A stretch of DNA of 64,000 nucleotides, taken from positions 32,001 through 96,000 of the IMG/VR virus record IMGVR_UViG_3300025889_000075; one strand, 5' to 3'. Below, piece after piece: positions 48,174-58,226 of the stretch. Each line of letters starts with the position of its first letter. Position 1 is the first letter of the stretch. The notes beneath the pieces were generated by a model, which had not been told where the DNA came from, made no database searches, and was given only the letters and a program-made list of their open reading frames with translations. The translations under genes and the position numbers were made by a program. The DNA is from a virus.

Positions 48174-49424
48174 ATGGCAATTAATATAACAAAACTAATT
48201 AATGCCGTATCCGGAATCGTAGGAAACCTGGACAGTGACAACACGCTCACTGAATTGAACCGTGGTACAATTGCTGCACAGGAAGTAAACGAGGCGAGAG
48301 ACGCTCTCTCGTTCGCTACGGTTGCTGATTTCGAAACAGCTGACTCAACCAATGAGGGTAATATTGTCTATGCTAGTTCAACGAAAAAATATTACGTTTC
48401 TATTCACAATCGTTGGGCGCCAATTAATTTAACAGGTCCATCAACGACTGCTCCTGCTGCTCCATCTAGTCTAATCGTTCAAGGTTCTAGTTATGGGTAT
48501 ACGACTGGTGGTGCCGCGTCACCGGTATTGAATAATACGCAGTCATTAACTCAAATTTTACAATTTTCCTTTACTTCTGATGGTAATGCAACGGACGTTG
48601 GAGACATTAACCCAGCAGTTCCGCTTGGAAGAGTTGCTTCTAGTTCACAGACTTCTTCGACTCATGGTTATCATTCTGGTGGGTTAGTAACCCCACCACA
48701 AATTACGTCAACAAATAATATACAAAAATGGTCATTTACCAGTCCATATAATGGATCAGATGTCGCAGATTTGTCTTCTGATACTTTTAGACCGTTTGGG
48801 TCTAGTTCACCAACTGATGGTTATTCAACTGGGGGAAGAGGAGGAACACCAATAGTTTATCTAACAGTTCATGATAAATTTCCAACCTCTTCCGATACAA
48901 ATGCTACGGACAATGGTGATTTGACAGCGGGTAGATATCAGACTGGGGGAGGAAATTCTTCTTCTTCTGCTTCATATTTCGCTGGTGGATCCACACCCAC
49001 AGGGGCTGTGAATATAATAGAAAAAATACCTTTTGCGGCGGGTGGAACAGCAACAGACGTTGGCGACCTCACAACACCGAACATCAACAGCACTGGTGCA
49101 AATACTTCTGATCATGGTTACACTCTCGGTGGTTCTAATAATGGATATGCAGAAGCAAATTTAAATGTGATACAGAGATTTTCATATTCTTCTGATGGTA
49201 ACGCTACAGACTATGCTGATCTTGCAAACGGAGTTTACACTGGGGCAGGTTGTTCATCAACATCTTATGGTTATACAACTGGCGGACAAAGTTCACCAGG
49301 TGCCCCGCAAGCAGGTGCTGCAATTAATGTAATACAGAAATTTCCTTTCTCTACTGCTACAAATGGCACTGACGTGGGAGATTTGACTAGCATCTTAGCT
49401 AATCATTCAGGAAATCAAAACTAA
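48174..49424 (+). CDS. Propeller-array paralogue 2 (anchor type D)
   Basis: MAINI start; F.SDGNATDVGD repeats; ends GNQN. Confidence 0.78.
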   Translation: MAINITKLINAVSGIVGNLDSDNTLTELNRGTIAAQEVNEARDALSFATVADFETADSTNEGNIVYASSTKKYYVSIHNRWAPINLTGPSTTAPAAPSSLIVQGSSYGYTTGGAASPVLNNTQSLTQILQFSFTSDGNATDVGDINPAVPLGRVASSSQTSSTHGYHSGGLVTPPQITSTNNIQKWSFTSPYNGSDVADLSSDTFRPFGSSSPTDGYSTGGRGGTPIVYLTVHDKFPTSSDTNATDNGDLTAGRYQTGGGNSSSSASYFAGGSTPTGAVNIIEKIPFAAGGTATDVGDLTTPNINSTGANTSDHGYTLGGSNNGYAEANLNVIQRFSYSSDGNATDYADLANGVYTGAGCSSTSYGYTTGGQSSPGAPQAGAAINVIQKFPFSTATNGTDVGDLTSILANHSGNQN

Positions 49425-50626
49425 TGACAATCAGCATAACAAACATAATAACAGCAATTGAGAACAAGATAGCAGCTCTTGACAGTTCTGTATCATCTCA
49501 AGATATGCGTCATTATTTTAGTGCTGCTGGTTTGACCAACACTACGATCACTCAGTATTATGATAGTGCAGGTCTTTTGCCAACAGCAGATTCTGATTAC
49601 AAAGGGCAGATTGTTTTAGTATCAAATCCTTCATCAGCAGCTTCAGGAAATGCATTGTATATTTGTACTGACTCTGGTGGAGGTGTTGCTTGGTCAGCGT
49701 GGCAGACACTTGATTCTGCTCCTACGTATTCGCCTGCACAGGGTTCATCATATGGGTATAATTCTGGTGGTGGATTCCCATCACCTGTAAATACTATTCA
49801 AAAATACTCATTTACATCAGATGGTAATGCTACTGACGTTGGTGATTTAACAGAGGTTAGATCTGCTTTAGCAGGGCAATCTTCAGATGTTAGTGGATAT
49901 GTTTCTGGTGGAACTCAAAGTAGTGGAAACAGGAATTACATCGAAAATTTTCCTTTCTCTACTGACGCTAATTCTACTGACGTTGGAGATTTGACAATAG
50001 GTAGATGGGGGTGTTCAGGTACTATGTCAGATGCTAATGGGTATACTTCTGGCGGTACTGGTACGCCGACGATTGTAAATGTCATCGACAAATTTCCATT
50101 GTCGTCTAATGCAAATGCTACTGATGTAGGCGATTTAACATCAGGAAGATATGGTGCGGCAGGTAATTCATCAACTACTAATGGATATGCTTCTGGTGGT
50201 TACCAACCACCTACTATAAATGCTATAGAGAAATTCCCATTCTCGTCTGATGCGAATTCTTCTGACGTAGGAGATTTGATAGCAGCAAGATACTATTCAG
50301 CAGGTCAATCATCAGATAATAGTGGTTATGTTTCTGGAGGATCAACTCTTGTAGCGCCGAGCGCTTTAAACGTCGTTGACAAATTCCCATTCTCTTCTGA
50401 CGCTAATTCTACCGAGGTGGGTAGTTTGACTCAAGCAAGGGGTCAAATGGCGGGAACATCATCAACTGTCAGTGGATATAATTCTGGCGGTTGGGTGCCA
50501 CCATCTTATCCGGTCAGTGGTTCTACAAACATTATAGACAAATTTCCATTTGCTTCTAATGGTAGTGCTACTGATGTTGGTGATCTTTTAACATTACAAC
50601 TGTTATCAGCAGGACAGCAGGTATAA
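49424..50626 (+). CDS. Propeller-array paralogue 3 (anchor type A)
   Basis: YYDSAG.LPTADS anchor; six KFPFSSDAN.TDVGDL-type repeats; ends GQQV. Confidence 0.8.
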   Translation: MTISITNIITAIENKIAALDSSVSSQDMRHYFSAAGLTNTTITQYYDSAGLLPTADSDYKGQIVLVSNPSSAASGNALYICTDSGGGVAWSAWQTLDSAPTYSPAQGSSYGYNSGGGFPSPVNTIQKYSFTSDGNATDVGDLTEVRSALAGQSSDVSGYVSGGTQSSGNRNYIENFPFSTDANSTDVGDLTIGRWGCSGTMSDANGYTSGGTGTPTIVNVIDKFPLSSNANATDVGDLTSGRYGAAGNSSTTNGYASGGYQPPTINAIEKFPFSSDANSSDVGDLIAARYYSAGQSSDNSGYVSGGSTLVAPSALNVVDKFPFSSDANSTEVGSLTQARGQMAGTSSTVSGYNSGGWVPPSYPVSGSTNIIDKFPFASNGSATDVGDLLTLQLLSAGQQV

Positions 50627-50629
50627 ACA

Positions 50630-51820
50630 ATGGCAATTAATATACAAACCTTGTTAGATGTAATTAATGCTAAGATCACCGCTGGTGTAGCAGCAGGATC
50701 CACTGACTCTGATCGATTAGTTACGTTGACTGCTTGGAGAGACAATCACCAGAATGCAGCATTCTTTAATACATTTGCTGATTTGCCCGCTGCTGATTCT
50801 TCGAATGCAGGAAATTTCTTTTCTACAGGTACAGGTTCTAGTAAAAAATACTATGTTTCTTGGAAAAATAAATTGAAAGAAGTTTTGTCAACAGATAGTG
50901 ATGCAGTAGGAAATCAAACATTACCTAACTCAGTAGGTCAAACTTATGGTTTTCATGCTGCAGGAATATCAGGAAACGATCCAGATACAACGCATACAAA
51001 TATAATTGAAAGATTTCCTTTTTCCTCTGACGCTAATGCTACTGATGTTGGTGATTTGTCTCCGACTCCTTTAGGTGGAAACCTTGGATCTTCTTCTTCG
51101 GTTGATCGAGGGTGGGCATTCGGCGGTAGCGGTGGCGTAAACTTTACGTTTGCTAATTCTAATTTGAGCAGCAATAATGCTTATTCAGCTAGCAATTTTG
51201 GTATACAAGGGGGTCAAAGCGAAACACATCTTTATGCTTTAGGTGGGCGTCCGACAAGTTTGCCTACTGCACCAAACGATACCTTTGCGCAAAAAAGACA
51301 ATTTTCTAATACAACTACTACTACTCTAACTTCTTTTTCTAATGCTAGACATCACGCAGCAACCGTTTCTGGTCCTGCTGCAGTTTATACTTCGGGTGGA
51401 TATAGATATTGGCATCCAAACGATAATCCTGCACTTATTACTCAGTCGCCCGGAACAGAAAAACATTCTTTTAGTAATGATGCTAGGTCTACTGTGCCTG
51501 GACTTCCCGCAAAATCTCCATATTATAATGTCCATCAAGGAATGCAAAATGAAGTAAATGGATATCTTGGAAGAGCAACACAATTAATAAAATTTCCATT
51601 TGCTTCGGAAACTCCAGTTTCAGTTAGTCAACCAATAATGCCAATCGGCGGGTATTTTTCTGCTAGTTCTTCTTCATCAGGTTATGGTTATAGATTCGCT
51701 GGTGGACCACCCGGTAGTTATCCAGGAATAGTTAAGTTTCCTTGGAACAGCGAATCAACAGTAACTAGCGTAGGAAATTTAACTTCTCCAAGAACTAGGG
51801 GTTCGGGGCATCAAAATTAG
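50630..51820 (+). CDS. Propeller-array paralogue 4 (anchor type D, divergent propeller)
   Basis: ADSSNAGN..KKYYVS anchor; one canonical and several degenerate repeats; ends GHQN. Confidence 0.75.
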   Translation: MAINIQTLLDVINAKITAGVAAGSTDSDRLVTLTAWRDNHQNAAFFNTFADLPAADSSNAGNFFSTGTGSSKKYYVSWKNKLKEVLSTDSDAVGNQTLPNSVGQTYGFHAAGISGNDPDTTHTNIIERFPFSSDANATDVGDLSPTPLGGNLGSSSSVDRGWAFGGSGGVNFTFANSNLSSNNAYSASNFGIQGGQSETHLYALGGRPTSLPTAPNDTFAQKRQFSNTTTTTLTSFSNARHHAATVSGPAAVYTSGGYRYWHPNDNPALITQSPGTEKHSFSNDARSTVPGLPAKSPYYNVHQGMQNEVNGYLGRATQLIKFPFASETPVSVSQPIMPIGGYFSASSSSSGYGYRFAGGPPGSYPGIVKFPWNSESTVTSVGNLTSPRTRGSGHQN

Positions 51821-51828
51821 GAACTATT

Positions 51829-53028
51829 ATGGCAGTCGATATTAAAAAACTATTAGAGATTGTACAGAAAAGAATTAATAATCTTGATTCTTCGACAGTC
51901 ACATTGCAAGAGTTAATTGATATTGCTAACTTTACTGATAAAGCATCAAAGGGCACATTGCAATTTGTTGATGATTCGAGCGATTTGCCAAACTTATTAA
52001 GTGGTAATACGCCTAGTGCAGAGTCTCAAAAACAATTGATTTTTGTTAAGAACTCAGGAAGAATGTTTGTCAAAAAAGATAAGTGGAAACCATTTACGTA
52101 CAGAGGTTTGATTCCTTCCTCTGGACCATCCTTTGTTTATGGTGGTACTACAACAGGGTTTCGTGCTGGGTTGGTTTCAATTCCAACTTGGACATATTCA
52201 GACGCTATTTCTTCTTTTCCGTTCGCTAGTGATACTCCTTTCGCTAGTTGGGGATCTTTAACAGTTGCTAATGGTTATAACCATGGTTGGAGTAGTACAA
52301 CTCATGGATATACTGCTGGTGGTTATGGTCCTGCTGTACCAGGAGACAATAGTAAAATCGATAAATTTTCTATGAGTTCGCCTGGTAATGCCAGTACCAC
52401 TGCAAACCTTCCTCTTGGTAGATCACAGGGTGTAGCGCACCATAATGACACTAATGGGTATTTATCTGGCGGCAGTGGTGGTGGTTCATATGCATTTAAA
52501 TTTATTTTTTCCAGCGATACTACTAATGCTACTACTGTTCCAGCATTGGCGACACCTTTAAGTCTTAACAATAGATCTCCGCAGGTGAGCACAACTTATG
52601 GGTATACTTCTGGAGGAACTACCTTTTCCAATTCAATAGAAAAGTTTCCCTTTGCTTCAGAGGATGCCTGGTCTGATGTAGGAGATTTAACTGTTGGTGG
52701 ACGCAAATCATCAGGAATGTCTTCTGATACACACGGATATAATGCTGGTGGACAAATATCTCCACATCCAACGATAGGTAACGATATTAATAAATTCCCT
52801 TTCGCTTCAGATACAAACGCTACTGATGTAGCAAGTTTAACTACTGCAGCTGCAGCGAATACTGGTGTAAGTTCAACCACTAACGGATATTCTTTAGGAG
52901 GATGGACTCTTAACCCTGGATATAATAATGTATCTACAAGCGATAAATTTCCGTTTTCGTCAGAAACAAGCATTTCTAATGTGTTCAGTAATACAGGTGG
53001 TGGTGAAGCGGCAGGACATCAGGTATAA
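51829..53028 (+). CDS. Propeller-array paralogue 5 (distinct anchor, type E)
   Basis: MAVDIKKLL; FPFASD/E repeats; ends GHQV. Confidence 0.78.
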   Translation: MAVDIKKLLEIVQKRINNLDSSTVTLQELIDIANFTDKASKGTLQFVDDSSDLPNLLSGNTPSAESQKQLIFVKNSGRMFVKKDKWKPFTYRGLIPSSGPSFVYGGTTTGFRAGLVSIPTWTYSDAISSFPFASDTPFASWGSLTVANGYNHGWSSTTHGYTAGGYGPAVPGDNSKIDKFSMSSPGNASTTANLPLGRSQGVAHHNDTNGYLSGGSGGGSYAFKFIFSSDTTNATTVPALATPLSLNNRSPQVSTTYGYTSGGTTFSNSIEKFPFASEDAWSDVGDLTVGGRKSSGMSSDTHGYNAGGQISPHPTIGNDINKFPFASDTNATDVASLTTAAAANTGVSSTTNGYSLGGWTLNPGYNNVSTSDKFPFSSETSISNVFSNTGGGEAAGHQV

Positions 53029-53053
53029 GAGTTAATTCTCACATAATTTTTTT

Positions 53054-53061
53054 TATAAATA
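53054..53061 (+). promoter_or_regulatory. T4-type late promoter TATAAATA splitting the array into two units
   Basis: Exact consensus in the only sizeable intergenic gap of the array. Confidence 0.82.
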
Positions 53062-53091
53062 GATTGTGATAATTTGTGTGAGGATATTTCC

Positions 53092-53406
53092 GTGGTATTA
53101 AATCTAACCGCATTAATTGCAAGTCTCGACTCCGCTGCTAACCTGGCAGACTCAAGCGACCCTGCATTAGATCTTTTACAAATTCTTGATGCAACAAGAA
53201 TGAACAACAACGCGACGACTAAATATTATGCAGCTCGCGCTGATCTGCCTATTGCAGATTCAGCGAATGAGGGCATGGTTGTTCTCGTTTCTGATTTAAC
53301 TGGAGCAAACGCAGAAAGAGGTTTGTTTGTTAGCACAGGAACATTTTGGAAAGAATTGCAAGGGTTTGAAGCAGGTAGTTCATTAACGCCAAGAACAAAC
53401 CCGTAA
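53092..53406 (+). CDS. Anchor-only paralogue 6 (type A, no propeller)
   Basis: GTG start with SD GAGGA; LDSA...ADSS....LLQI.DA...YY....LP.ADS..EGM..LV aligns to the N-terminus of 46801. Confidence 0.7.
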   Translation: MVLNLTALIASLDSAANLADSSDPALDLLQILDATRMNNNATTKYYAARADLPIADSANEGMVVLVSDLTGANAERGLFVSTGTFWKELQGFEAGSSLTPRTNP

Positions 53407-53418
53407 GGTAATTAATTC

Positions 53419-54711
53419 ATGGCGATTAATATTCAAAAACTGTTAGACGCTGTACAGGCAAAAATCAATGCCAGTACCGGATCATCTGGTATGGTTGAAT
53501 TGAATCATTTGTCTAATTTGTCGCAGTGGTTGAATAGTTACACCAATCAATCAAGCGTTAAAGAATATACTAATCTAGCAGCATTTCCAACTGCAGACTC
53601 AGCAAACCACGGAGATATAGCATTTAGTCTTGACAGTGGCGCTTATCGTATTTCTGAACAATTAGCGTGGAGAGAAATATCACTAAATGCTGATAGTGCG
53701 ATTTCTTCTGGACCTAGTTCTCCACCTTCGCCATTACAAGCAGCGAGTAATTATGGATACGTTGTTGGAGGTCAAACTCCTGTTACTGCTTCTATGGAAA
53801 GGTTTGCTTTTGCAAGTTCTGCCAACGGGACGTCTACTGGAAATTTATCGACCCCAAGATGGGGTGCGGCGGGTTATTCTTCTTCTACTGATGGATATGC
53901 TATTGGTGGTTCGACTCCTTTAGTGACACCGCATTTAAATGGTTATGATGATGTTTTAAAATACCCGTTTGCTTCTAGTACTCCATCCACCCAAATAGGA
54001 ACTTTGAATGCCCTTTCACCTGCTCCGACAGGAACTCCAGGAGGGGGAAGAATGGGTACTTCTAATATTTGTTCTCCAACTTCTGGATATGTTGTTGGAT
54101 TTGGTGGTAGATTAAGTCCCCCAAATCCGCTAGAACCACAATATCTATCAACTAATTGGAAATTCCCTTTTTCTTCTCCAACAGTAACTGATCTGTCGCT
54201 AGTAGGGGATTTAACAAGCGCCATATTTTACAGCAGTGGATCTTCATCAGGAGATTATGGGTACTTGGCGGGTGGTGAAACTGATGTTCCATCTCCAGCA
54301 TTAGTCTCCACTGTTGAAAAATGGTCTTTCTCTTCCGATGGTAATTCAACATCTGTTGGTTCTTTGTCTGGTCATTCTCGATCTGATGGGGGAAGTTCTG
54401 GTCCTACAAATGGTTATGCTCAGGGATCAAATCCAGCAGTAGGAACACCGACCGCAGTAGATAAAGTATGGAAATATAGTTTTACTTCTGACGGAAATGC
54501 AACAGAAATTGGAACTCTTTCAATAGATAGGTTTGGTGTGAATGGACATTCTGGTGGAACTCATGGATATGCGTCTGGCGGTGTTTTACCGAGCAACGGA
54601 GGTTATTCAAATGTTATTGATAGATTTCCTTTTTCTGCTGATACTAATTCTTCTGATGTAGGCGATCTAGCAGTTGCATCTCGTAATTATGCTGCTCCAG
54701 CGTCAAACTAG
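53419..54711 (+). CDS. Propeller-array paralogue 7 (anchor type B, divergent Pro-rich propeller)
   Basis: FPTADSANHGDIAFSLDSGAYRISEQLAWRE anchor; six degenerate repeats. Confidence 0.78.
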   Translation: MAINIQKLLDAVQAKINASTGSSGMVELNHLSNLSQWLNSYTNQSSVKEYTNLAAFPTADSANHGDIAFSLDSGAYRISEQLAWREISLNADSAISSGPSSPPSPLQAASNYGYVVGGQTPVTASMERFAFASSANGTSTGNLSTPRWGAAGYSSSTDGYAIGGSTPLVTPHLNGYDDVLKYPFASSTPSTQIGTLNALSPAPTGTPGGGRMGTSNICSPTSGYVVGFGGRLSPPNPLEPQYLSTNWKFPFSSPTVTDLSLVGDLTSAIFYSSGSSSGDYGYLAGGETDVPSPALVSTVEKWSFSSDGNSTSVGSLSGHSRSDGGSSGPTNGYAQGSNPAVGTPTAVDKVWKYSFTSDGNATEIGTLSIDRFGVNGHSGGTHGYASGGVLPSNGGYSNVIDRFPFSADTNSSDVGDLAVASRNYAAPASN

Positions 54712-54720
54712 GTATAACTT

Positions 54721-55866
54721 ATGGCAATCGATCTAAAAGAATTACTCATAGCAGCACAGAATAAGATCGGTAATTCGACCATCTCAACTGCAACCAGAGA
54801 TCTTGTATTTCTGGCAAAAACTGCTACACGTGGTGATACGTCAATCGTTGCTTTTGATTCTGATGGTGAGTTTCTTGATTCAGCATCACATGTTCATAGA
54901 ATTGCATATCATAGAGGGAGACAAAATCTATTCTTGTTAGATAGTGATAGAACATGGAAACCGATCAGTGGTACTGTTGCTGCTGAATATTCATTCCAAG
55001 GAAGCACTTCTGGATATGTTTCTGGTGGCTTCGCGCCAGGGTCAACAAATACCATCCAGAAATACCCATACACTTCTAATGGTAATGCGACTGATGTTGG
55101 TGATTTGACTGAAGCAAAAGTAGGTACATCAGGACAATCATCCTCTGATAATGGATATAATTCTGGCGGAACCCCAAATATAAACACCATAGAGAAATTC
55201 CCATTCTCATCTGACGCCAATTCTACTGATGTGGGTGATTTGACAGTAGTAAAACCATATACAGCAGGTCAATCATCAGCAAGTAATGGATATTCTTCTG
55301 GTGCTAATAGTCCTGCTGCAAACGGTGGTAATACCATTGACAAATTTCCGTTTGCTGCTGATGCGAACGCTACTGATGTCGGAGATATAACGGTAGCAAC
55401 TGGTCTGTCAGCAGGTCAATCATCCGAAACTCATGGTTATACTTCTGGAGGTGCGATGATTGACAAATTTCCATTTGCTTCTGATGGTAATGCTACTGAT
55501 GTGGGCGATCAATCAATATACAGAACCGAAGTGAGTGGTCAATCATCCGAAACTCATGGTTATATGTCTGGCGGTTGGAATTACAATGGAGGTTCTCCAC
55601 TTATGTATAATGTTATAGATAAATTCCCATTCTCATCTGATACTAACGCGACTGATGTCGGAGATATGACATCGGTGAGGAGAGCGGCGGGAGGTACATC
55701 GTCAACTACTAGCGGATATACTGCTGGTGGCGTAATTCCTACTGGATCCACGCCATTCTTAAACATCATAGACAAATTTCCATTCTCTTCTGATGGTAAT
55801 GCTACTGACGTAGGAGATTTGCTCGCCCCAAATTATTATATAGGTTCTGTAGGACAACAGGTATAA
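54721..55866 (+). CDS. Propeller-array paralogue 8 (anchor type C)
   Basis: FDSDGEFLDSA anchor; six canonical repeats; ends GQQV. Confidence 0.8.
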   Translation: MAIDLKELLIAAQNKIGNSTISTATRDLVFLAKTATRGDTSIVAFDSDGEFLDSASHVHRIAYHRGRQNLFLLDSDRTWKPISGTVAAEYSFQGSTSGYVSGGFAPGSTNTIQKYPYTSNGNATDVGDLTEAKVGTSGQSSSDNGYNSGGTPNINTIEKFPFSSDANSTDVGDLTVVKPYTAGQSSASNGYSSGANSPAANGGNTIDKFPFAADANATDVGDITVATGLSAGQSSETHGYTSGGAMIDKFPFASDGNATDVGDQSIYRTEVSGQSSETHGYMSGGWNYNGGSPLMYNVIDKFPFSSDTNATDVGDMTSVRRAAGGTSSTTSGYTAGGVIPTGSTPFLNIIDKFPFSSDGNATDVGDLLAPNYYIGSVGQQV

Positions 55867-55869
55867 CTT

Positions 55870-57069
55870 ATGGCAATTAATATAAGAAATTTAATGACAG
55901 TAGTGCAAACGAAGTTAAACGCGACAACTTCGACCACTCCTGCACTTGAATTTAATCGCCTGTCAAAATTAGCAGATACCTTGAATGATTTTACAACTGG
56001 TATTAAAACATATACAGTTGCTGCAAGACCTGTTGCAGATTCTGCCAATCATGGAGAAATTATTTTTAGTTCAGATAGTGGAGCATTTTTTATCTCGGAA
56101 CAACTATCATGGAGAGAATTAGCAGTTGGTGATAGTGCGATTGTTGCTACTCCTACTTATACCTTCCAAGGGAGCACTTCTGGATATACTTCTGGTGGTA
56201 GAACAGCAGCAAGTAACGTTGCACTAAACACTATTGACAAATTTTCTTTTGCTCCAGGTGCTCAGAATGCTACAGACGTAGGTGATTTGACATTAGGTAT
56301 GTATGGTGGCGCTGCAGGTCAATCATCATCTGTATCTGGTTATACTTCTGGTGGATATCCAGGAACTCGATCCAGCGTAATAGATAAATTTCCATTCGCT
56401 TCTGACGGTAACGCAACAGATGTTGGTGATTTAACATCATCAAGATGGTATCTTTCAGGTCAATCTTCTTCTTCTAATGGGTATTCTGCTGGTGGTCCTG
56501 GTTCAAACAATGTTATTGATAAATTCCCATTTTCTTCAGACGCTAACGCTACTGACGTAGGAGATTTGACAGTAGGAAGATACGGATCATCAGGTCAATC
56601 ATCTACGACTCATGGATATGCTTCTGGTGGATTTACTCCTCTCTCAAATGTCATTGATAAATTCCCGTTTTCATCCGACGCTAATGCTACTGACGTTGGC
56701 GATATAACAGTAGCAAGACGTTATACAGCAGGTCAATCATCAACAGATAATGGATATACTTCTGGTGGAGAGCAAAATCCTCTGGCCACGAATACTGCTT
56801 CCAATGTCATAGATAAATTCCCATTTTCATCTGATGCTAACGCTACTGACGTTGGTAATTTAACAATAGCGCGAGCTCATGTTACCGGACAATCCTCGAC
56901 TGTTAATGGATATACTACTGGTGGATGGTTATGGCAGCCATTCCCGACTCCACCAGTTGTCTATAATACAATTGATAGGTTCCCATTCTCTACTACTGCT
57001 AACGCTACTGACATTGGAGATTTAACAATAGCAAGATATAGTGGAAATACAGAGGGACAACAGGTATAA
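55870..57069 (+). CDS. Propeller-array paralogue 9 (anchor type B)
   Basis: ADSANHGE...SEQLSWRE anchor; six canonical repeats; ends GQQV. Confidence 0.8.
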   Translation: MAINIRNLMTVVQTKLNATTSTTPALEFNRLSKLADTLNDFTTGIKTYTVAARPVADSANHGEIIFSSDSGAFFISEQLSWRELAVGDSAIVATPTYTFQGSTSGYTSGGRTAASNVALNTIDKFSFAPGAQNATDVGDLTLGMYGGAAGQSSSVSGYTSGGYPGTRSSVIDKFPFASDGNATDVGDLTSSRWYLSGQSSSSNGYSAGGPGSNNVIDKFPFSSDANATDVGDLTVGRYGSSGQSSTTHGYASGGFTPLSNVIDKFPFSSDANATDVGDITVARRYTAGQSSTDNGYTSGGEQNPLATNTASNVIDKFPFSSDANATDVGNLTIARAHVTGQSSTVNGYTTGGWLWQPFPTPPVVYNTIDRFPFSTTANATDIGDLTIARYSGNTEGQQV

Positions 57070-57072
57070 CTT

Positions 57073-58223
57073 ATGGCAATTAATATACAAAAATTACTAG
57101 AAGCGATACAAACAAGTATAGGTAATGCCACACCTGCTACACCCACACGCGAACTCGAAATTCTTACCAAAGGTGCATTTAAGTGGGGCGACAATCAAAT
57201 CACTTCATTTGATTCTGATGGAGAATTTCTTGACTCAGCAACTACTTCGCCATATATGTTAGCATACCATACAGGCCATATATGTTAGCATACCATACAG
57301 GTAAGAAAAACATTTATGCATTTGACAGCGGATCATGGCAATCGATCAGTGGTACTGTTGCTGCTGGATATTCATTCCAAGGTTCTACCAGTGGATATAC
57401 TTCTGGTGGATTGGTACCACCATTCTCTAACGTCATTGACAAATTCCCATTCTCATCTGACGGTAATGCTACTGATGTAGGAGATTTGACAGTAGCAAGA
57501 TCTAATGCAGCAGGTCAATCATCGTCTGCTAGTGGATATACTTCTGGTGGACATCCCTTCCCACTAGACGTAATTGACAAATTCCCATTCTCAGCTGATG
57601 CTAACGCTACTGATGTTGGTGATTTAACAGTAGCAAGACGGTATCTTGCAGGTCAATCTTCTTCTGCTAATGGGTATTCTGCTGGTGGTCCTGGTTCAAA
57701 CGTAATTGACAAATTCCCGTTTTCTTCTGATGCTAATGCTACTGATGTAGGCGATTTGACAGTAGCAAGATATTATTTAGCAGGTCAATCATCTACTGTT
57801 AGCGGATATTCTTCTGGTGGCACTCCACCATACACAAACGTCATTGATAAATTCCCATTTTCTGCTGATGCTAATGCTACTGATGTAGGTGATCTGACAG
57901 TAGCAAGAGGATATGTAACAGGTCAATCATCAACTGTTAGTGGGTATACTTCTGGGGGATTTAGTCCAGCTCAACAATCAAACGTAATTGACAAGTTTTC
58001 ATTCTCAACTGACACTAACGCTACTGACGTTGGGGATTTGACAGTAGCAAGATACAATTTAGCAGGAGGTCAATCATCTACTGCTAGCGGGTATACTTCT
58101 GGAGGTACGACATCCGACGCTACCAACATCATAGATAAATTCCCATTCTCATCTGATGGTAATGCTACGGATGTAGGTGATTTATCAGTAACTAGATATG
58201 GTGGAGCAGGTCAACAGGTATAA
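57073..58223 (+). pseudogene. Propeller-array paralogue 10 (anchor type C) frameshifted by a 26-bp tandem duplication
   Basis: ORFs 57073-57288 and 57282-58223 join into one 374-aa paralogue if one copy of the repeat is removed. May be an assembly artefact. Confidence 0.75.
57249..57300 (+). repeat. Perfect 2 x 26-bp tandem repeat GCCATATATGTTAGCATACCATACAG
   Basis: Copies at 57249-57274 and 57275-57300. Confidence 0.95.
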
Positions 58224-58226
58224 GTT

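Noticed and set aside
53404-53421. Stop read-through joining the anchor-only gene to 53419 (same frame)
   Set aside because: The 12-nt spacer contains a second in-frame TAA, and 53419 has its own anchor and start.
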